Assembly (NCBI GenBank): GCA_021824045.1
Contig: JAKALR010000002.1
Location: forward strand, 1 to 57,923
DNA from: a bacterium
Lineage (GTDB): Bacteria > Patescibacteriota > Minisyncoccia > UBA6257 > GWB1-50-10
Direction of reading: 5' to 3'
DNA length: 57,923 nt
Positions 7,715 through 18,463 of the stretch are shown here, piece after piece. The position numbers were made by a program, and so were the translations under genes. A model generated the notes under the pieces. The model did no database searches and was not told the origin of the DNA. It saw nothing but the letters and a program-made list of their open reading frames with translations. How positions within the stretch are numbered: position 1 is the stretch's first letter; each line of letters opens with the position of its first letter.

Positions 7715-10159
7715 TTACAGGCATACAATGCCGACGAGCTTATCTCCTTTGTCCAAATTCATAATCTTGACTCCTTGGGTCGCTCTCCCGAGGATGCGCA
7801 CGTCTTTGAGGGGTATCTTGATGGCCTGTCCTTTCGAAGAGAAGGCGAGGAGTTCCATAATGTCGTCTCCCACGACGTGGGCGCCGATCACGACGCCGGT
7901 TTTTTCGGTGATATTCGCCGTCTTGATCCCGGAACCTCCCCTCCGTTGTATTTTATACTCCTTGAGGTTGGTTTGCTTGCCGAAGCCGTTCGCGGTCACG
8001 ACCAAAAGTTTCGACGTGGCAATCGATTTCGTGGGCACGATATCGGCGCCGCTCACGGTGTCGCTCTTCTTGAGACTGATGGCTTTCACGCCGCCGGCGG
8101 TTCTCCCCATGCTCCGGATGTCCTTTTCCTTGAATCGGATTGCTTGGCCCGAAGTCGTGGTGAGAATCACCTCGTCGTTTCCTTCGGAGAGTTTTACCCA
8201 GAGAAGTGCGTCGTCGCCTCCGAGCTTCACGGCAATGATGCCGGTCCGCCGGACGTTTCCGAAATCCCCGAGAAGCGTTTTCTTGATGATCCCCTTTCGG
8301 GTGATCATCACAAGGAAGCCTTCCGTCGTGTCTTTGGGGTAAGAAATAATCGCGCTCACCTTCTCGGTCGTCGGCACCTCAAGGAAGTTATAGATTGATT
8401 TCCCCTTCGAAGTGCGCGACGCTTCCGGTATCTCGTATGCCTTGGTCTGGAAAGCCCTCCCCTTGTTGGTGAAGAAGAGAATGTTGTCGTGCGTGGAGGC
8501 GTAAATAATCTGGGAAATCTTGTCTTCTTCCTTTAATTCAGCGCCAATGAGCCCCTTCCCGCCCCGCTTCTGGGCGCGGAACGTTTCTGGCGGCATCCGC
8601 TTGATGTAGCCGTCTTCGGAAATGGCAACAATGGAATCGCCTTCGGGAATGAGATCTTCCTCGTTGAACTCCTTGAGTCCTCCGGCAACCAGTTTTGTTT
8701 TCCGTCCGCTCACGAACGTTTTTTTCAGGTATTCCAAATCAGCTTCGATGATGGCGAGAATTCGCTTCGGATCCTTGAGGATGATCTTGAATTCCGCGAT
8801 CATTGTTTTCTTTTCCTTGAGTTCGTCTTCGAGTTTGATCCGCTCCAGGGCGGCCAGGGATTGCAGTTTCATTTCCAGTATCGCGTCGGCTTGGAGCGCC
8901 GAGAGTTTGAAATTTTTCATCAGGTTCACCTTGGCGGTTTCCCGGTCCTTGGATTTTTTGATTGTCGCGATGATCTTGTCGATGACATCGAGCGCGGTGA
9001 CCAATCCTTCCAGGATGTGCGCCCGCTCCTCCGCTTTCCTGAGATCGAACTCGGTCCTCCGCTTGATGATTAATTTTCGATGGTCGAGATAGTATGCCAG
9101 GACGTCTTTCAGGGAAAGCACCTGCGGCTGGATGCCTCCGACGAGGGCCAGCATGTTGTAGTAGAAATTCTTCTGCAGCTCGGTGTATTCGAAGAGCTGG
9201 TTCAGGATTTTTTGGGGGTTCGCGTCGGTCTTGAGTTCGATGACGATTCGAAGCCCTTCCCGGTCCGATTCATCCCGCACATCCCGGATGTTTTCTATTT
9301 TCTTTTCCTGCACCAGGTCGGCGATTTTCGTGATGAGATCCGATTTATTGACCTGATACGGGATCTCCGTGATGATAATTTGAAAACTCCCGCTCTTTCG
9401 CTCTTCAATCTCTGCCTTGGCGCGCATCGTGATGGATCCTTTGCCGGTTGAATACGCTTCTTCGAGTGATTTCTTGCCGTAGACAATTCCTCCCGTCGGG
9501 AAGTCGGGTCCCTGAATGAATTGCATGAGGTCTTTCACGGTCGCGTCCGGGTGCCGGGAGAGATGGATGACTGCGTCGGCAACTTCGCCGAGATTGTGGG
9601 GCGGGATTGAAGTCGCCATGCCGACGGCGATGCCGACGGTGCCGTTCAGGAGCAAATTGGGAAGTTTCGCGGGGAGGAATTGCGGCTCCTCGCGGGTCGA
9701 GTCATAGTTGGGTATCCAATTAACCGTTTCCTTCTCGATGTCCTCGAGCATTTCTTCGGCGATCCGCGAGAGCCGCGCTTCGGTGTATCGCATGGCGGCC
9801 GGGCTGTCGCCGTCGACGGATCCCCAGTTCCCCTGGCCGTCGATCAGCGGGTAGCGGAGGGAAAAATCCTGGGCCATGCGGGCCAGGGCGTCGTAGACCG
9901 CCATGTCGCCGTGCGGATGGTATTTGCCGAGTACTTCTCCCACGACATTCGCGGATTTTTTGAATTTGGCGCTGTGGGTGAGGCCGATGTCCCACATTGC
10001 CCAGAGGATTCTCCGTTGCACCGGCTTCAATCCGTCGCGGACATCCGGCAACGCGCGGGAAACGATGACGGACATCGCGTAATCGAGATAGCTTTCGGAA
10101 AGTTCCGCGGTTATTTCCTTATCTTCTATTTTTCCTTGTTCCCTTTTTTCGTCTTCCAT
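7715..10159 (-). CDS. gyrA: DNA gyrase subunit A
   Basis: [29 protein letters not shown], GyrA-box QKRGGKG and C-terminal pinwheel repeats. Confidence 0.98.
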   Translation of the reverse strand: MEDEKREQGKIEDKEITAELSESYLDYAMSVIVSRALPDVRDGLKPVQRRILWAMWDIGLTHSAKFKKSANVVGEVLGKYHPHGDMAVYDALARMAQDFSLRYPLIDGQGNWGSVDGDSPAAMRYTEARLSRIAEEMLEDIEKETVNWIPNYDSTREEPQFLPAKLPNLLLNGTVGIAVGMATSIPPHNLGEVADAVIHLSRHPDATVKDLMQFIQGPDFPTGGIVYGKKSLEEAYSTGKGSITMRAKAEIEERKSGSFQIIITEIPYQVNKSDLITKIADLVQEKKIENIRDVRDESDREGLRIVIELKTDANPQKILNQLFEYTELQKNFYYNMLALVGGIQPQVLSLKDVLAYYLDHRKLIIKRRTEFDLRKAEERAHILEGLVTALDVIDKIIATIKKSKDRETAKVNLMKNFKLSALQADAILEMKLQSLAALERIKLEDELKEKKTMIAEFKIILKDPKRILAIIEADLEYLKKTFVSGRKTKLVAGGLKEFNEEDLIPEGDSIVAISEDGYIKRMPPETFRAQKRGGKGLIGAELKEEDKISQIIYASTHDNILFFTNKGRAFQTKAYEIPEASRTSKGKSIYNFLEVPTTEKVSAIISYPKDTTEGFLVMITRKGIIKKTLLGDFGNVRRTGIIAVKLGGDDALLWVKLSEGNDEVILTTTSGQAIRFKEKDIRSMGRTAGGVKAISLKKSDTVSGADIVPTKSIATSKLLVVTANGFGKQTNLKEYKIQRRGGSGIKTANITEKTGVVIGAHVVGDDIMELLAFSSKGQAIKIPLKDVRILGRATQGVKIMNLDKGDKLVGIVCL

Positions 10160-10241
10160 GCCGAGTATTTCCTCTTTCCCTTATTATCGGCGATTGCAGC
10201 CGAAGAATCAATATCAAAACAAGAAAAATACGCTGAGCGAT

Positions 10242-10315
10242 GACTCGGAAAGACGAAAAAGTGGGTAAGACTTGGCCAAGCGGCCCGGAGCGCACACTTT
10301 TTCGGCTTGCCGGGC
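10242..10315. repeat. Dispersed ~74-bp hairpin repeat, copy 1
   Basis: GACTCGGAAAGACGAAAAAGTG...CACTTTTTCGGCTTGCCGGG; near-identical to 18454-18527. Confidence 0.8.
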
Positions 10316-10321
10316 AGCGCC

Positions 10322-10804
10322 CTACGGCAGCGGCGTCGGGGGGACCGCTTCCAGGGTTCCGGTCGCCGGTTCGGTATCGGCGGCGGACGTCGTCGTTTCA
10401 TTCCCCTTTTGGATGCTGAAGGTGTTCGTTTTTTGCAGTTCTTTCCGGAGGCCGCTCCCCAAATTCGAGAAGAAATCGTCTATGTGGCCGAACGCGCTCC
10501 CGGCTCCGCCGGCAGCTCCGTTGTAGACCGCGGAAAATCCTCTTCCCAGCGTGGCAAAGAAAGAATTTCCGCTCGGTTGCGGCGTTTGCTGCGGAAGGTA
10601 GTTTATGGTCGTCGTTGTCGTGGTTGATGCTCCGCCGCCCGCGGTTTCGGCCGGCGGGATCGTGAGATTCAGATACGCGATCCACAGAGCGATGATGACA
10701 ATCATGGAAATCGACGAGGCGACGACGAGGTAGATCCGCTTCGTTTTTTCTTCTTTTCCCTGGAGTTCTTTTATGAAGTCTTTCGCCTTGCTTATTTTTG
10801 ACAT
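10322..10804 (-). CDS. Hypothetical single-TM protein
   Basis: 160-aa ORF with a basic N-terminus, one TM helix and a Thr-rich region. Confidence 0.7.
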   Translation of the reverse strand: MSKISKAKDFIKELQGKEEKTKRIYLVVASSISMIVIIALWIAYLNLTIPPAETAGGGASTTTTTTINYLPQQTPQPSGNSFFATLGRGFSAVYNGAAGGAGSAFGHIDDFFSNLGSGLRKELQKTNTFSIQKGNETTTSAADTEPATGTLEAVPPTPLP

Positions 10805-10817
10805 GGAGAAACGGTGG

Positions 10818-11387
10818 TTATGCGATGAGCCACTTGACCGTCATTGCCTTGGGGGAAATATCTTTCTTCTTCAGGGTTAACTTTTCTTCCGGCTTGGCGT
10901 TTTCCTGTCCCAACTCCTTCAGGAGATCTTTGGGATTTTTAGCGAGGGACGGAATGACGATTCCCGGTTCGGTCTGCCGCACAATCTTCCCCACCGCGGA
11001 GGCGCCGAGATACGGTTCTCCCCCGCTCGGCACGATCAAGATGTCGCAGTCCTGGAGAATTTCCAGCGCTTTTGCATCGGGATCTTTTTTAATCGGGCCC
11101 AGAACGCCGATCACGATATCGTCGAAGTCGATCCGATAAACCGTTTTTTCGCCGTCGTCCTCGTGGGCGGCGGTCCTGCTTTCGATTCGTATCTCGGAAA
11201 TGTCATATTCGCCCTGGCTGTCGATGAAGAACGGGCCGTTCTCCTCGGGGTTTGTCGGAGAAGGCTTTACGGTGCTCAAGACCAGAAGCGATCCTTTGAA
11301 CGACCGCTGATTGTCGGGATCGATCAATATCGATTTTTCTCCGGATTGGAGTTTGAAGTAACTCCCGCCGTTGTACGTTATCACCAT
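10818..11387 (-). CDS. MBL-fold metallo-hydrolase-like protein (degenerate)
   Basis: MVITYNGGSYFKL...ILIDP, GEYDI, DILIVP.GG and EPGIVIP; the His motif is not evident. Confidence 0.75.
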   Translation of the reverse strand: MVITYNGGSYFKLQSGEKSILIDPDNQRSFKGSLLVLSTVKPSPTNPEENGPFFIDSQGEYDISEIRIESRTAAHEDDGEKTVYRIDFDDIVIGVLGPIKKDPDAKALEILQDCDILIVPSGGEPYLGASAVGKIVRQTEPGIVIPSLAKNPKDLLKELGQENAKPEEKLTLKKKDISPKAMTVKWLIA

Positions 11388-11518
11388 ATGGGTACATTTT
11401 AGCAGGAACTAGTAACAAGGAACAAGTAATGAGTAACTAATTACTGTTTACTTGTTATCGGTTATCTGGTATTATTTCTTCGCTTGGTGCCCTATCAACG
11501 GCATGCGGGCTCAAAAAA

Positions 11519-12616
11519 ATGGCGATCAACACGAAAGAAGAAGGAGGTCTCATTGAGCAGATTCTGAAAACGAATCACGCGTTTTTGCCGACGCTTCGGA
11601 TCGGCGATTTGGTCGAGGGGAAAGTTTTGGAGAAAAGTTCGGCAAAGCTTTTCATTGACCTCGGCAAGTACGGGACCGGCGCGGTATACCGCGGCGAACT
11701 CCAGAATGCGAAAGAGTACATCAAGAATCTCGCGGTGGGCGACGAAGTCCACGGCAAGGTCATCGATATCGACAACGACGAAGGTCTCGTTGAACTCTCG
11801 CTTTCCGAAGCTGACAAACAGAAGTCATGGACTGAGGCTCAGGAATTAAAAGAAAAGGACGAGGTATTGAAATTGAAGATAACCGGCTTCAATAAAGGCG
11901 GACTCATGACCGACATCAAGGGACTTCCCGCGTTCCTGCCGGTGTCGCAGCTCTCGCAGGAGCACTATCCCAAGGTGAGCGAAGAAGAGAAATCGAAAAT
12001 CGCCCAATCGCTCCAGCTTTTGGTCGGATCCGAGCTCGAGGTCAGAATCATCGATGTGAATCCCCGGACCTCCAAGCTCATCGTTTCCGAAAAGGCGGCT
12101 CAGGAAATGAGCGCGCGGGACTTGGCCAAAAACTACGCCGTCGGCCAGGTGGTTGAGGCCATTATTTCCGGCGTGGCGGATTTCGGCGCGTTCCTCCGAT
12201 TCACCGACAACCCGGCCGTGGAGGGCTTTGTGCATGTTTCTGAAATAGACTGGCGGATTATCGAAAATCCCAAAGAGGTCTTGAAAGTGGACGATGTAGT
12301 GAAGGCCAAGATCGTCGACATCAAGGACGGCAGAATCTCGCTTTCTCTGAAAGCGTTGAAAGAAGATCCGTGGACCGTCGTCGGCGAATACTTCAAAGAC
12401 GGCGAAGAAGTAACGGGCATGGTATACGTCCTGAACCAGTTCGGCGCCATCGTGAACCTGGATCACGATTTCCAGGGAGTTATCAGAATCACTGAATTCG
12501 GCGGTGTGGCGGAAATGAAAAAAGAACTCTCGCAAGGCGAAACATATTCCTTTATAATAGAAAATGTGAAGCCGGCGGAACGGAGAATTAATCTAAAACT
12601 AAAGAAAAGCGTTTAG
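11519..12616 (+). CDS. rpsA: S1 RNA-binding domain protein (ribosomal protein S1-like)
   Basis: Four S1 repeats (FNKGGL, AFLPVSQL, DFGAF, GFVHVSE, RISLSLK). Confidence 0.9.
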   Translation: MAINTKEEGGLIEQILKTNHAFLPTLRIGDLVEGKVLEKSSAKLFIDLGKYGTGAVYRGELQNAKEYIKNLAVGDEVHGKVIDIDNDEGLVELSLSEADKQKSWTEAQELKEKDEVLKLKITGFNKGGLMTDIKGLPAFLPVSQLSQEHYPKVSEEEKSKIAQSLQLLVGSELEVRIIDVNPRTSKLIVSEKAAQEMSARDLAKNYAVGQVVEAIISGVADFGAFLRFTDNPAVEGFVHVSEIDWRIIENPKEVLKVDDVVKAKIVDIKDGRISLSLKALKEDPWTVVGEYFKDGEEVTGMVYVLNQFGAIVNLDHDFQGVIRITEFGGVAEMKKELSQGETYSFIIENVKPAERRINLKLKKSV

Positions 12617-12690
12617 GGTTCGGGGGTTAGGGCATGGATCGAAAAAATCTATACCCCATACCCACACCCTATATTCTATACTCTAAAACT

Positions 12691-14532
12691 ATGAACAAGT
12701 TTGTCAGGAGTTTCCTTATTGCCATCGCGATTCTGTTCACGGTCTCTTTTATATTCTCGTTTTTCACCGCTACCTCGGGACCGGCGCCGAAGAACGTGTC
12801 GATCGGTACGCTCGCGACCGACATCAGCGCCGGGAAAGTGAAAAGCATCACGGTGAACGGGAGTGATTTGAAGGTCGGCTTGTCGGACGGCAGTTCGGCC
12901 GTGTCCCAGAAAGAAACTGAGACCGGCGTCGTGGAAACGCTGAGGAGCTTGGGAGTTTCTTCCACGTCGCTTGCCGCGGTGAATATCACCGTCGAGAATC
13001 AGAGCGGGTTCAATTACTGGATGAGCATCATCGTCCCGCCGCTCCTCACGATCCTTGCCATGGCGGTACTCTTTTGGCTCATCTTCAGGCAGGCGAAAAA
13101 CGGAGCCAACCAAGCGTTCAGTTTCGGCAAGGTGAATATCCGCTTGTTTTCTTCTGACAAAGATAAAGTCACGTTCAAGGATGTCGCGGGACTCAAGGAG
13201 GCCAAGGAAGAATTGACGGAAGTCGTCGACTTCCTGAAGCACCCGCAAAAATTTTTGGAGATCGGCGCGCGGATTCCGCGGGGCGTCCTTTTGGTCGGCC
13301 CGCCGGGGACCGGCAAGACACTCCTCGCGCGCGCGGTTGCCGGCGAATCGAATGTTCCCTTCTTCCACATCTCCGCCTCCGAATTTGTTGAAATGTTCGT
13401 CGGGGTCGGCGCTTCCCGCGTGCGGGATCTTTTCCAGACGGCGAAAAAAGCAGCTCCCTCCATTATTTTCATCGATGAAATCGACGCCGTCGGCCGTGAG
13501 CGCGGCTCGGGTCTCGGCGGCGGACACGATGAGCGGGAGCAGACGCTGAACCAAATTCTTGTCGAAATGGACGGCTTCGACCGGGACACGAACGTCATCG
13601 TCGTGGCGGCCACGAACCGGCCCGATATCCTGGATTCGGCACTCCTCCGCCCCGGCAGATTCGATCGGCGCGTGGTTTTGGACGCCCCCGATATCAACGA
13701 CCGGGAAGAAATTTTAAAAATACATCTCAAGGGGAAAAAGTTGGACAAAAGCGTCGAGCCGCGGACCGTCGCGGTTCGGACGCCGGGATTCTCCGGTGCC
13801 GATTTGGCTAATCTCGTGAACGAAGCGGCGATTCTCGCCGCTCGGAAAAATCAAAAAGTCGTTCTGCAGCAGGATCTCCTTGATTCGATCGAAAAGGTGA
13901 TGCTCGGTCCCGAACGGAGAGGCCGGGCGATCTCCCAAAAGGAAAAAGAGGTGACGGCGTACCACGAGGCGGGTCACGCGCTCGTTGCCGCGATGCTCAA
14001 AGACGCTGATCCGGTCCACAAAGTTTCCATCATATCCCGGGGTATCGCCGGCGGCTACACCTTGAAACTCCCGCTCGAAGAACATCGCTTGAGAACTCGG
14101 TCGCAGTTTCTGGCAGATCTCGCGGTTTCGTTCGGCGGATATATCGCCGAGATGACCGTCTTCGGCGATGTGACAACCGGCTCTTCGTCGGATATCAGGA
14201 ACGCCACGGAAACGGCGAAGGAGATGGTGACGAACTACGGCATGAGCGAACTCGGCCCCCGGACATTCGGCAGAACGGAGGGGATGGTTTTTCTGGGGAG
14301 AGAAATTTCGGCCGAAAAGGATTACTCCGATGAGGTGGGGAATAAAATAGACGAAGCGGTGAACAACTTCGTCAAGAAGACGTTCGACGCCGCGAAAGGC
14401 ATCATTGTGAAAAATAAGAAAGCGTTGGATAAAATCGCCCAGGTTTTAATGGAAAAAGAGACCCTGGAGAAAGACGACTTCTACGCCATCGTGAAAAGTT
14501 TTGGCTTGAAACCGATAAGCATAAAGATATAG
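12691..14532 (+). CDS. ftsH: ATP-dependent zinc metalloprotease FtsH
   Basis: Two TM helices, Walker [12 protein letters not shown] and HEAGH. Start taken at MNKFV because the upstream ORF extension is a heptamer tract. Confidence 0.98.
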   Translation: MNKFVRSFLIAIAILFTVSFIFSFFTATSGPAPKNVSIGTLATDISAGKVKSITVNGSDLKVGLSDGSSAVSQKETETGVVETLRSLGVSSTSLAAVNITVENQSGFNYWMSIIVPPLLTILAMAVLFWLIFRQAKNGANQAFSFGKVNIRLFSSDKDKVTFKDVAGLKEAKEELTEVVDFLKHPQKFLEIGARIPRGVLLVGPPGTGKTLLARAVAGESNVPFFHISASEFVEMFVGVGASRVRDLFQTAKKAAPSIIFIDEIDAVGRERGSGLGGGHDEREQTLNQILVEMDGFDRDTNVIVVAATNRPDILDSALLRPGRFDRRVVLDAPDINDREEILKIHLKGKKLDKSVEPRTVAVRTPGFSGADLANLVNEAAILAARKNQKVVLQQDLLDSIEKVMLGPERRGRAISQKEKEVTAYHEAGHALVAAMLKDADPVHKVSIISRGIAGGYTLKLPLEEHRLRTRSQFLADLAVSFGGYIAEMTVFGDVTTGSSSDIRNATETAKEMVTNYGMSELGPRTFGRTEGMVFLGREISAEKDYSDEVGNKIDEAVNNFVKKTFDAAKGIIVKNKKALDKIAQVLMEKETLEKDDFYAIVKSFGLKPISIKI

Positions 14533-14547
14533 AATACCTGCGGAGAG

Positions 14548-14620
14548 CGGCACGTAGCATAGCGGCTAATGCAACGAGCTTATACCTCGTGGATCGTAGG
14601 TTCGAGTCCTACCGTGCCGA
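14548..14620 (+). tRNA. tRNA-Ile(TAT)
   Basis: CGGCACG/CGTGCCG acceptor stem; anticodon arm ACGAG-CT-TAT-AC-CTCGT; GGTTCGAGT. Confidence 0.9.
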
Positions 14621-14633
14621 CTTGCCGGAATCA

Positions 14634-14705
14634 GGGCAGTTAGTTCAATGGTAGAACGTCTGTTTTACACACAGAAGGTTGTAGGTCCGATTCCTACACT
14701 GCCCA
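14634..14705 (+). tRNA. tRNA-Val(TAC)
   Basis: GGGCAGT/ACTGCCC acceptor stem; TCTGT-TT-TAC-AC-ACAGA; T-loop reads TCCGATT. Confidence 0.9.
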
Positions 14706-14706
14706 C

Positions 14707-14746
14707 AAAAACCTCCCGAGCGCCCCTGGTGCTCGGGAGGTTTTTG
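14707..14746 (+). terminator. Intrinsic terminator after the tRNA pair
   Basis: AAAAACCTCCCGAGC...GCTCGGGAGGTTTTTG. Confidence 0.8.
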
Positions 14747-14807
14747 TTTATTGAGGAGGATTGCATGAGGGAAGTTTTTCATTGACAAAGGCAGTCCGCG
14801 GATTTAC

Positions 14808-14907
14808 CCCGTTAGATTTTGCGGCTTTTTGTTTTCGGGGCAAAGTTGAAAAGTGAGCTTTGTTGTGGTTCAATGAGAGCCATACCCCCGAAGGGAAATC
14901 TAACGGG
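14808..14907 (-). mobile_element. Mini-element, copy 5 (100 bp), inserted in a probable promoter
   Basis: CCCGTTAGATTT...AAATCTAACGGG; minus-strand flanks GTAAAC / GTAAAT. Confidence 0.8.
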
Positions 14908-14927
14908 GTTTACCTTGAAAGATACGC

Positions 14928-15440
14928 ATGAATGAAAAAGACCTGAAATTCAATACCTCATACGGCCTCCAGGTGGATCTCGCTTCCGTCGCGGACGAGA
15001 TCGTCGCGTTCATGGAAGGAAAGCCGAAAGCGTCGTATCGGGTGACTATCGGCAGTGATTCGGAGCTTCTGGAAGACAAGATGGCCGATTTCGTGACCGC
15101 CGTTGTCGTTCACCGGATCGGAAACGGGGGAAGATATTTTTGGCGGCGCGTGAGGCTCGGGAAGTTCTATAATCTGCACGACCGGATTGTGCAGGAAGTG
15201 ATGTTTTCGATCGACGCGTCGAACGTCTTTTTGAACGTCTTGAAGACCAAGATACAATCGAAGGCAAAAGACGGGTTGAATTTCGATTGGAATTTCGAGA
15301 TCCACATCGATGTCGGCGAGAACGGTCCGACGAAGACACTGATTCAGGAGGTGGTCGGCATGGTCCGAGCGCACAATTTCGAACCGAAAACGAAGCCGGA
15401 GAGCTACGCCGCCTCGAACGTTGCGGACATTTATGCTTAG
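14928..15440 (+). CDS. RNase H-like YkuK (DUF458) family protein
   Basis: IGSDS, GNGGRYF, EIHIDVGENGPT and KPESYAASNVAD motifs. Confidence 0.85.
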   Translation: MNEKDLKFNTSYGLQVDLASVADEIVAFMEGKPKASYRVTIGSDSELLEDKMADFVTAVVVHRIGNGGRYFWRRVRLGKFYNLHDRIVQEVMFSIDASNVFLNVLKTKIQSKAKDGLNFDWNFEIHIDVGENGPTKTLIQEVVGMVRAHNFEPKTKPESYAASNVADIYA

Positions 15441-15522
15441 GGATTAGGGTTTGGGGAATAGGGTTTAGGACAACCAATCGAACCCTATGCCCTAATCCCC
15501 CTACCCCATTCCCTCGTAATCC

Positions 15523-16086
15523 ATGGATACCCTGGTCATCGACATTGAAACAAAAAATTCCTTCCAAGATGTCGGAGGAAGAGAAAACCTCAAGGATTTG
15601 GATATTTCCGTGATTGGGGTGTATTCCTATGCGGCAGATGAATACCGGGCTTTTGAAGAACACGAGTTCGCCGATCTCGGGAAAATGCTCCAGAAAACAC
15701 AGCTCATCGTGACGTTCGCCGGCAAACGCTTCGATCTCCCGGTCATGGAGAAATACTTCGCTTTCGACGTTCAGGCCATACCGCACTACGATATTTTGGA
15801 GGAAATCGAGGAAAAATACGGCCGCCGCATCGGTCTCGGGATCCTCGCCGAAGCCAACGTGGGAGCCGGAAAAACCGGCCACGGCATGGAGGCCATAGAG
15901 CTGTACGCGAAAGGAGAACTGGACAAGCTGAAAAATTATTGCCTGAATGATGTAAAATTAACCAGAGGATTGTATGAGCTGATCAAGAAGCAGGGGCATC
16001 TCTGGATCCCGCAGCGGGATTCCAGCGAAATGGTGAAAGTCGAAATCGCCCCCGCGGAAGAATCGAACCAACATCAACTGATTTAA
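15523..16086 (+). CDS. RNase H-like domain protein (YprB / DEAD-box-associated exonuclease type)
   Basis: DIETK, TFAGKRFDLP, GKTGHG and YCLNDV motifs. Confidence 0.85.
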   Translation: MDTLVIDIETKNSFQDVGGRENLKDLDISVIGVYSYAADEYRAFEEHEFADLGKMLQKTQLIVTFAGKRFDLPVMEKYFAFDVQAIPHYDILEEIEEKYGRRIGLGILAEANVGAGKTGHGMEAIELYAKGELDKLKNYCLNDVKLTRGLYELIKKQGHLWIPQRDSSEMVKVEIAPAEESNQHQLI

Positions 16087-16088
16087 AA

Positions 16089-16415
16089 ATGTTCAAATTA
16101 AAAAACAATCGGGTCGTGGTCGTGACGTTCGCGGTTATCATGGTTCTCTCGGTCATGGCTATTTATATTCCCCTCCTCTTCCCCTCCCCGAACCAGAATC
16201 TCGGGGCGCCGGCGGACACCGCGGGCGGATTCTCCATTTCGACCGGCACGGAGAGCGCCGCCGTCGCCGCAACGTCATCGACATCGACGCCGAACAAAAA
16301 AGTCACCGCGCCATCGACGTCGACTCAAAACCTCCCCTCCAGTTTGCAGGGCCTTTCGAGCGATGAGAACGCCCTGAATGATATTCAAAACAGTCTGCAG
16401 AACGGAAGTAAATAG
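16089..16415 (+). CDS. Hypothetical single-TM protein
   Basis: 108-aa ORF in an operon; N-terminal TM helix and Ser/Thr-rich tail. Confidence 0.65.
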   Translation: MFKLKNNRVVVVTFAVIMVLSVMAIYIPLLFPSPNQNLGAPADTAGGFSISTGTESAAVAATSSTSTPNKKVTAPSTSTQNLPSSLQGLSSDENALNDIQNSLQNGSK

Positions 16416-16448
16416 ACACCGCGGATAGTAACGGATAAAAAGACAGCA

Positions 16449-17627
16449 ATGAAAGACAAGGAAATTGAAAAACTTATAAAGGAGGAGGGAGTGAGAGAGC
16501 GGAAAGTCGTGAATTTGATCGCTTCGGAAAATTTTGCCTCGGACGACGTCCGGGAAGCGCTCGGTTCTGTTTTCACGAATAAATACGCGGAAGGATATCC
16601 CGGCGGACGCTACTACGGCGGAACCGCGGTGGCGGACAAATTGGAAAATCTCGTGCGAAAGAGAGCTCTTGCAGTATTCAAACTATCGCCCGAAAAATGG
16701 GCGGTGAATGTGCAGCCGTATTCGGGATCGCCGGCGAATCTGGCGGTTTATCTGGCTCTCGTCTCTCCCGGCGAGAAAATCATGGGTATGAGTTTGAACA
16801 TGGGCGGACATCTGACGCACGGCCAGAAAGTCAGCATTACCGGAAAAATTTGGCACCAGATCCCCTACGGCGTTTCTCAAAAAACGGAAACTCTGGATTA
16901 TGGCGAGATCGGAGAAATCGCCGAAAAGGAAAAGCCTCGAATCATAGTAGTCGGATATACCGCCTATCCGCGCGTGATTGATTTCGGCAAGTTCAGGAAA
17001 ATAGCCGATAGCGTCGGAGCGATCCTCATGGTTGATATGTCGCACTTCGCGGGTCTCGTTGCCGGCGGTGCGTATCCGACGCCCTTTCGATACGCCGACG
17101 TCGTCATGACGACGACGCATAAAACGCTCCGCGGTCCGCGCGGCGCGATGATCTTTGCGAGGAAAATCAAAATAAATTCGAAATTGACGATTGCGGAAGC
17201 AATCGATAAGGCCGTGTTTCCGGGACTTCAAGGCGGACCGCACCTGAACGCGATCGCGGCGATCGGCGTCGCGCTCCGCGAAGCGGGACAGCCGTCGTTC
17301 AAAACATACGCGAAGCAAATCGTGAAGAACGCGAAAGTCCTCGCCGAAGAGCTGAAAAAACTCGGATGGAAAATCGTCTCCGGCGGAACCGACACCCACC
17401 TTCTCCTCGTCGATACCATGTCCCGCGGCATCGGAGGGAAGGAAGCGGCGGAAAAATTGGAGCGCGCGGGAATTATCGTGAACAAGAACGCCATTCCCTA
17501 TGATACGCGGAAACCGTCCGATCCTTCCGGCATCCGCCTCGGCACGCCGGCCGTGACGACGCGCGGCATGAAGGAAAAAGACATGAAAAAACTCGCGGCG
17601 AGAATTGATAATATCCTCAAAAGGTAA
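16449..17627 (+). CDS. glyA: Serine hydroxymethyltransferase
   Basis: LIASEN, NKYAEGYPG, GGHLTHG and TTTHKTLRGPRG. Confidence 0.98.
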   Translation: MKDKEIEKLIKEEGVRERKVVNLIASENFASDDVREALGSVFTNKYAEGYPGGRYYGGTAVADKLENLVRKRALAVFKLSPEKWAVNVQPYSGSPANLAVYLALVSPGEKIMGMSLNMGGHLTHGQKVSITGKIWHQIPYGVSQKTETLDYGEIGEIAEKEKPRIIVVGYTAYPRVIDFGKFRKIADSVGAILMVDMSHFAGLVAGGAYPTPFRYADVVMTTTHKTLRGPRGAMIFARKIKINSKLTIAEAIDKAVFPGLQGGPHLNAIAAIGVALREAGQPSFKTYAKQIVKNAKVLAEELKKLGWKIVSGGTDTHLLLVDTMSRGIGGKEAAEKLERAGIIVNKNAIPYDTRKPSDPSGIRLGTPAVTTRGMKEKDMKKLAARIDNILKR

Positions 17628-17629
17628 TA

Positions 17630-18463
17630 TTGCTTATGGTGATCGATGGCAGGAAAATAGCGGCGGAGATCGTCGCGAAACTGAAACAAAAACCCGTGCC
17701 GCAGAAGTATCTGGCAGTTTTTTTGGTCGGCAGTGACCCGTCATCGGTAGGCTTCATCAAACAAAAGGAAAAGCTGGCCAAAGAACTTGGTGTCGATTTT
17801 CGCCTCTATAAATATAATGAGTCGACAACGCAGGACGAGCTCCGGAAAGAAATCCATAAGATCGGCGACGGGAAACCGTGCGGCGGCATTATTGTGCAGC
17901 TCCCGCTTCCCGGCTCGGCCGATCCGCAGTACGTTCTCAACGCCATGCCGCGGGAAAAGGATATTGACGTTTTGGGCGAGCGCGCTCTCGGCGCATTTTA
18001 CGCCGGCAGAAATATCATTTATCCTCCGTCCGTTGAGGTGGTGAAGGAGATAGTGGAAATTGAAAATTGCAAAATTGAAAATTGTACTGTTGCCGTAGTC
18101 GGCTTGGGCAAGCTTGTCGGCAAGCCCGTCCAAACGTGGCTCACGGGAAGATCGAAAGAAATCTCCCTCATCGATGAAGGGGGAAACTTTGATGTGTTAA
18201 AAAACGCCGATATCGTTGTTTGCGGTACGGGTGTTCCGGGACTCATCAAGCCCGAGATGCTCAAAGAGAACGCGCTCGTCATAGACTTCGGGTACGGTCT
18301 GAGCAGCGGAAAGCCCTCCGGCGATTTCGATGCCGACGAATTAAAAATTAAAAATGTAAAACTAAAAATTAGTTACACGCCGACGCCGGGTGGCACCGGC
18401 CCAATCTTGGTGGCGAAGATTTTCGAAAACTTCTATTCCCTAACCAAGGAGAAGACTCGGTAA
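17630..18463 (+). CDS. folD: Bifunctional methylene-THF dehydrogenase/cyclohydrolase
   Basis: IDGRKIA, GIIVQLPLP, EKDID, LVGKP and TPTPGGTGP. Start may be ATG at 17636. Confidence 0.93.
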   Translation: MLMVIDGRKIAAEIVAKLKQKPVPQKYLAVFLVGSDPSSVGFIKQKEKLAKELGVDFRLYKYNESTTQDELRKEIHKIGDGKPCGGIIVQLPLPGSADPQYVLNAMPREKDIDVLGERALGAFYAGRNIIYPPSVEVVKEIVEIENCKIENCTVAVVGLGKLVGKPVQTWLTGRSKEISLIDEGGNFDVLKNADIVVCGTGVPGLIKPEMLKENALVIDFGYGLSSGKPSGDFDADELKIKNVKLKISYTPTPGGTGPILVAKIFENFYSLTKEKTR

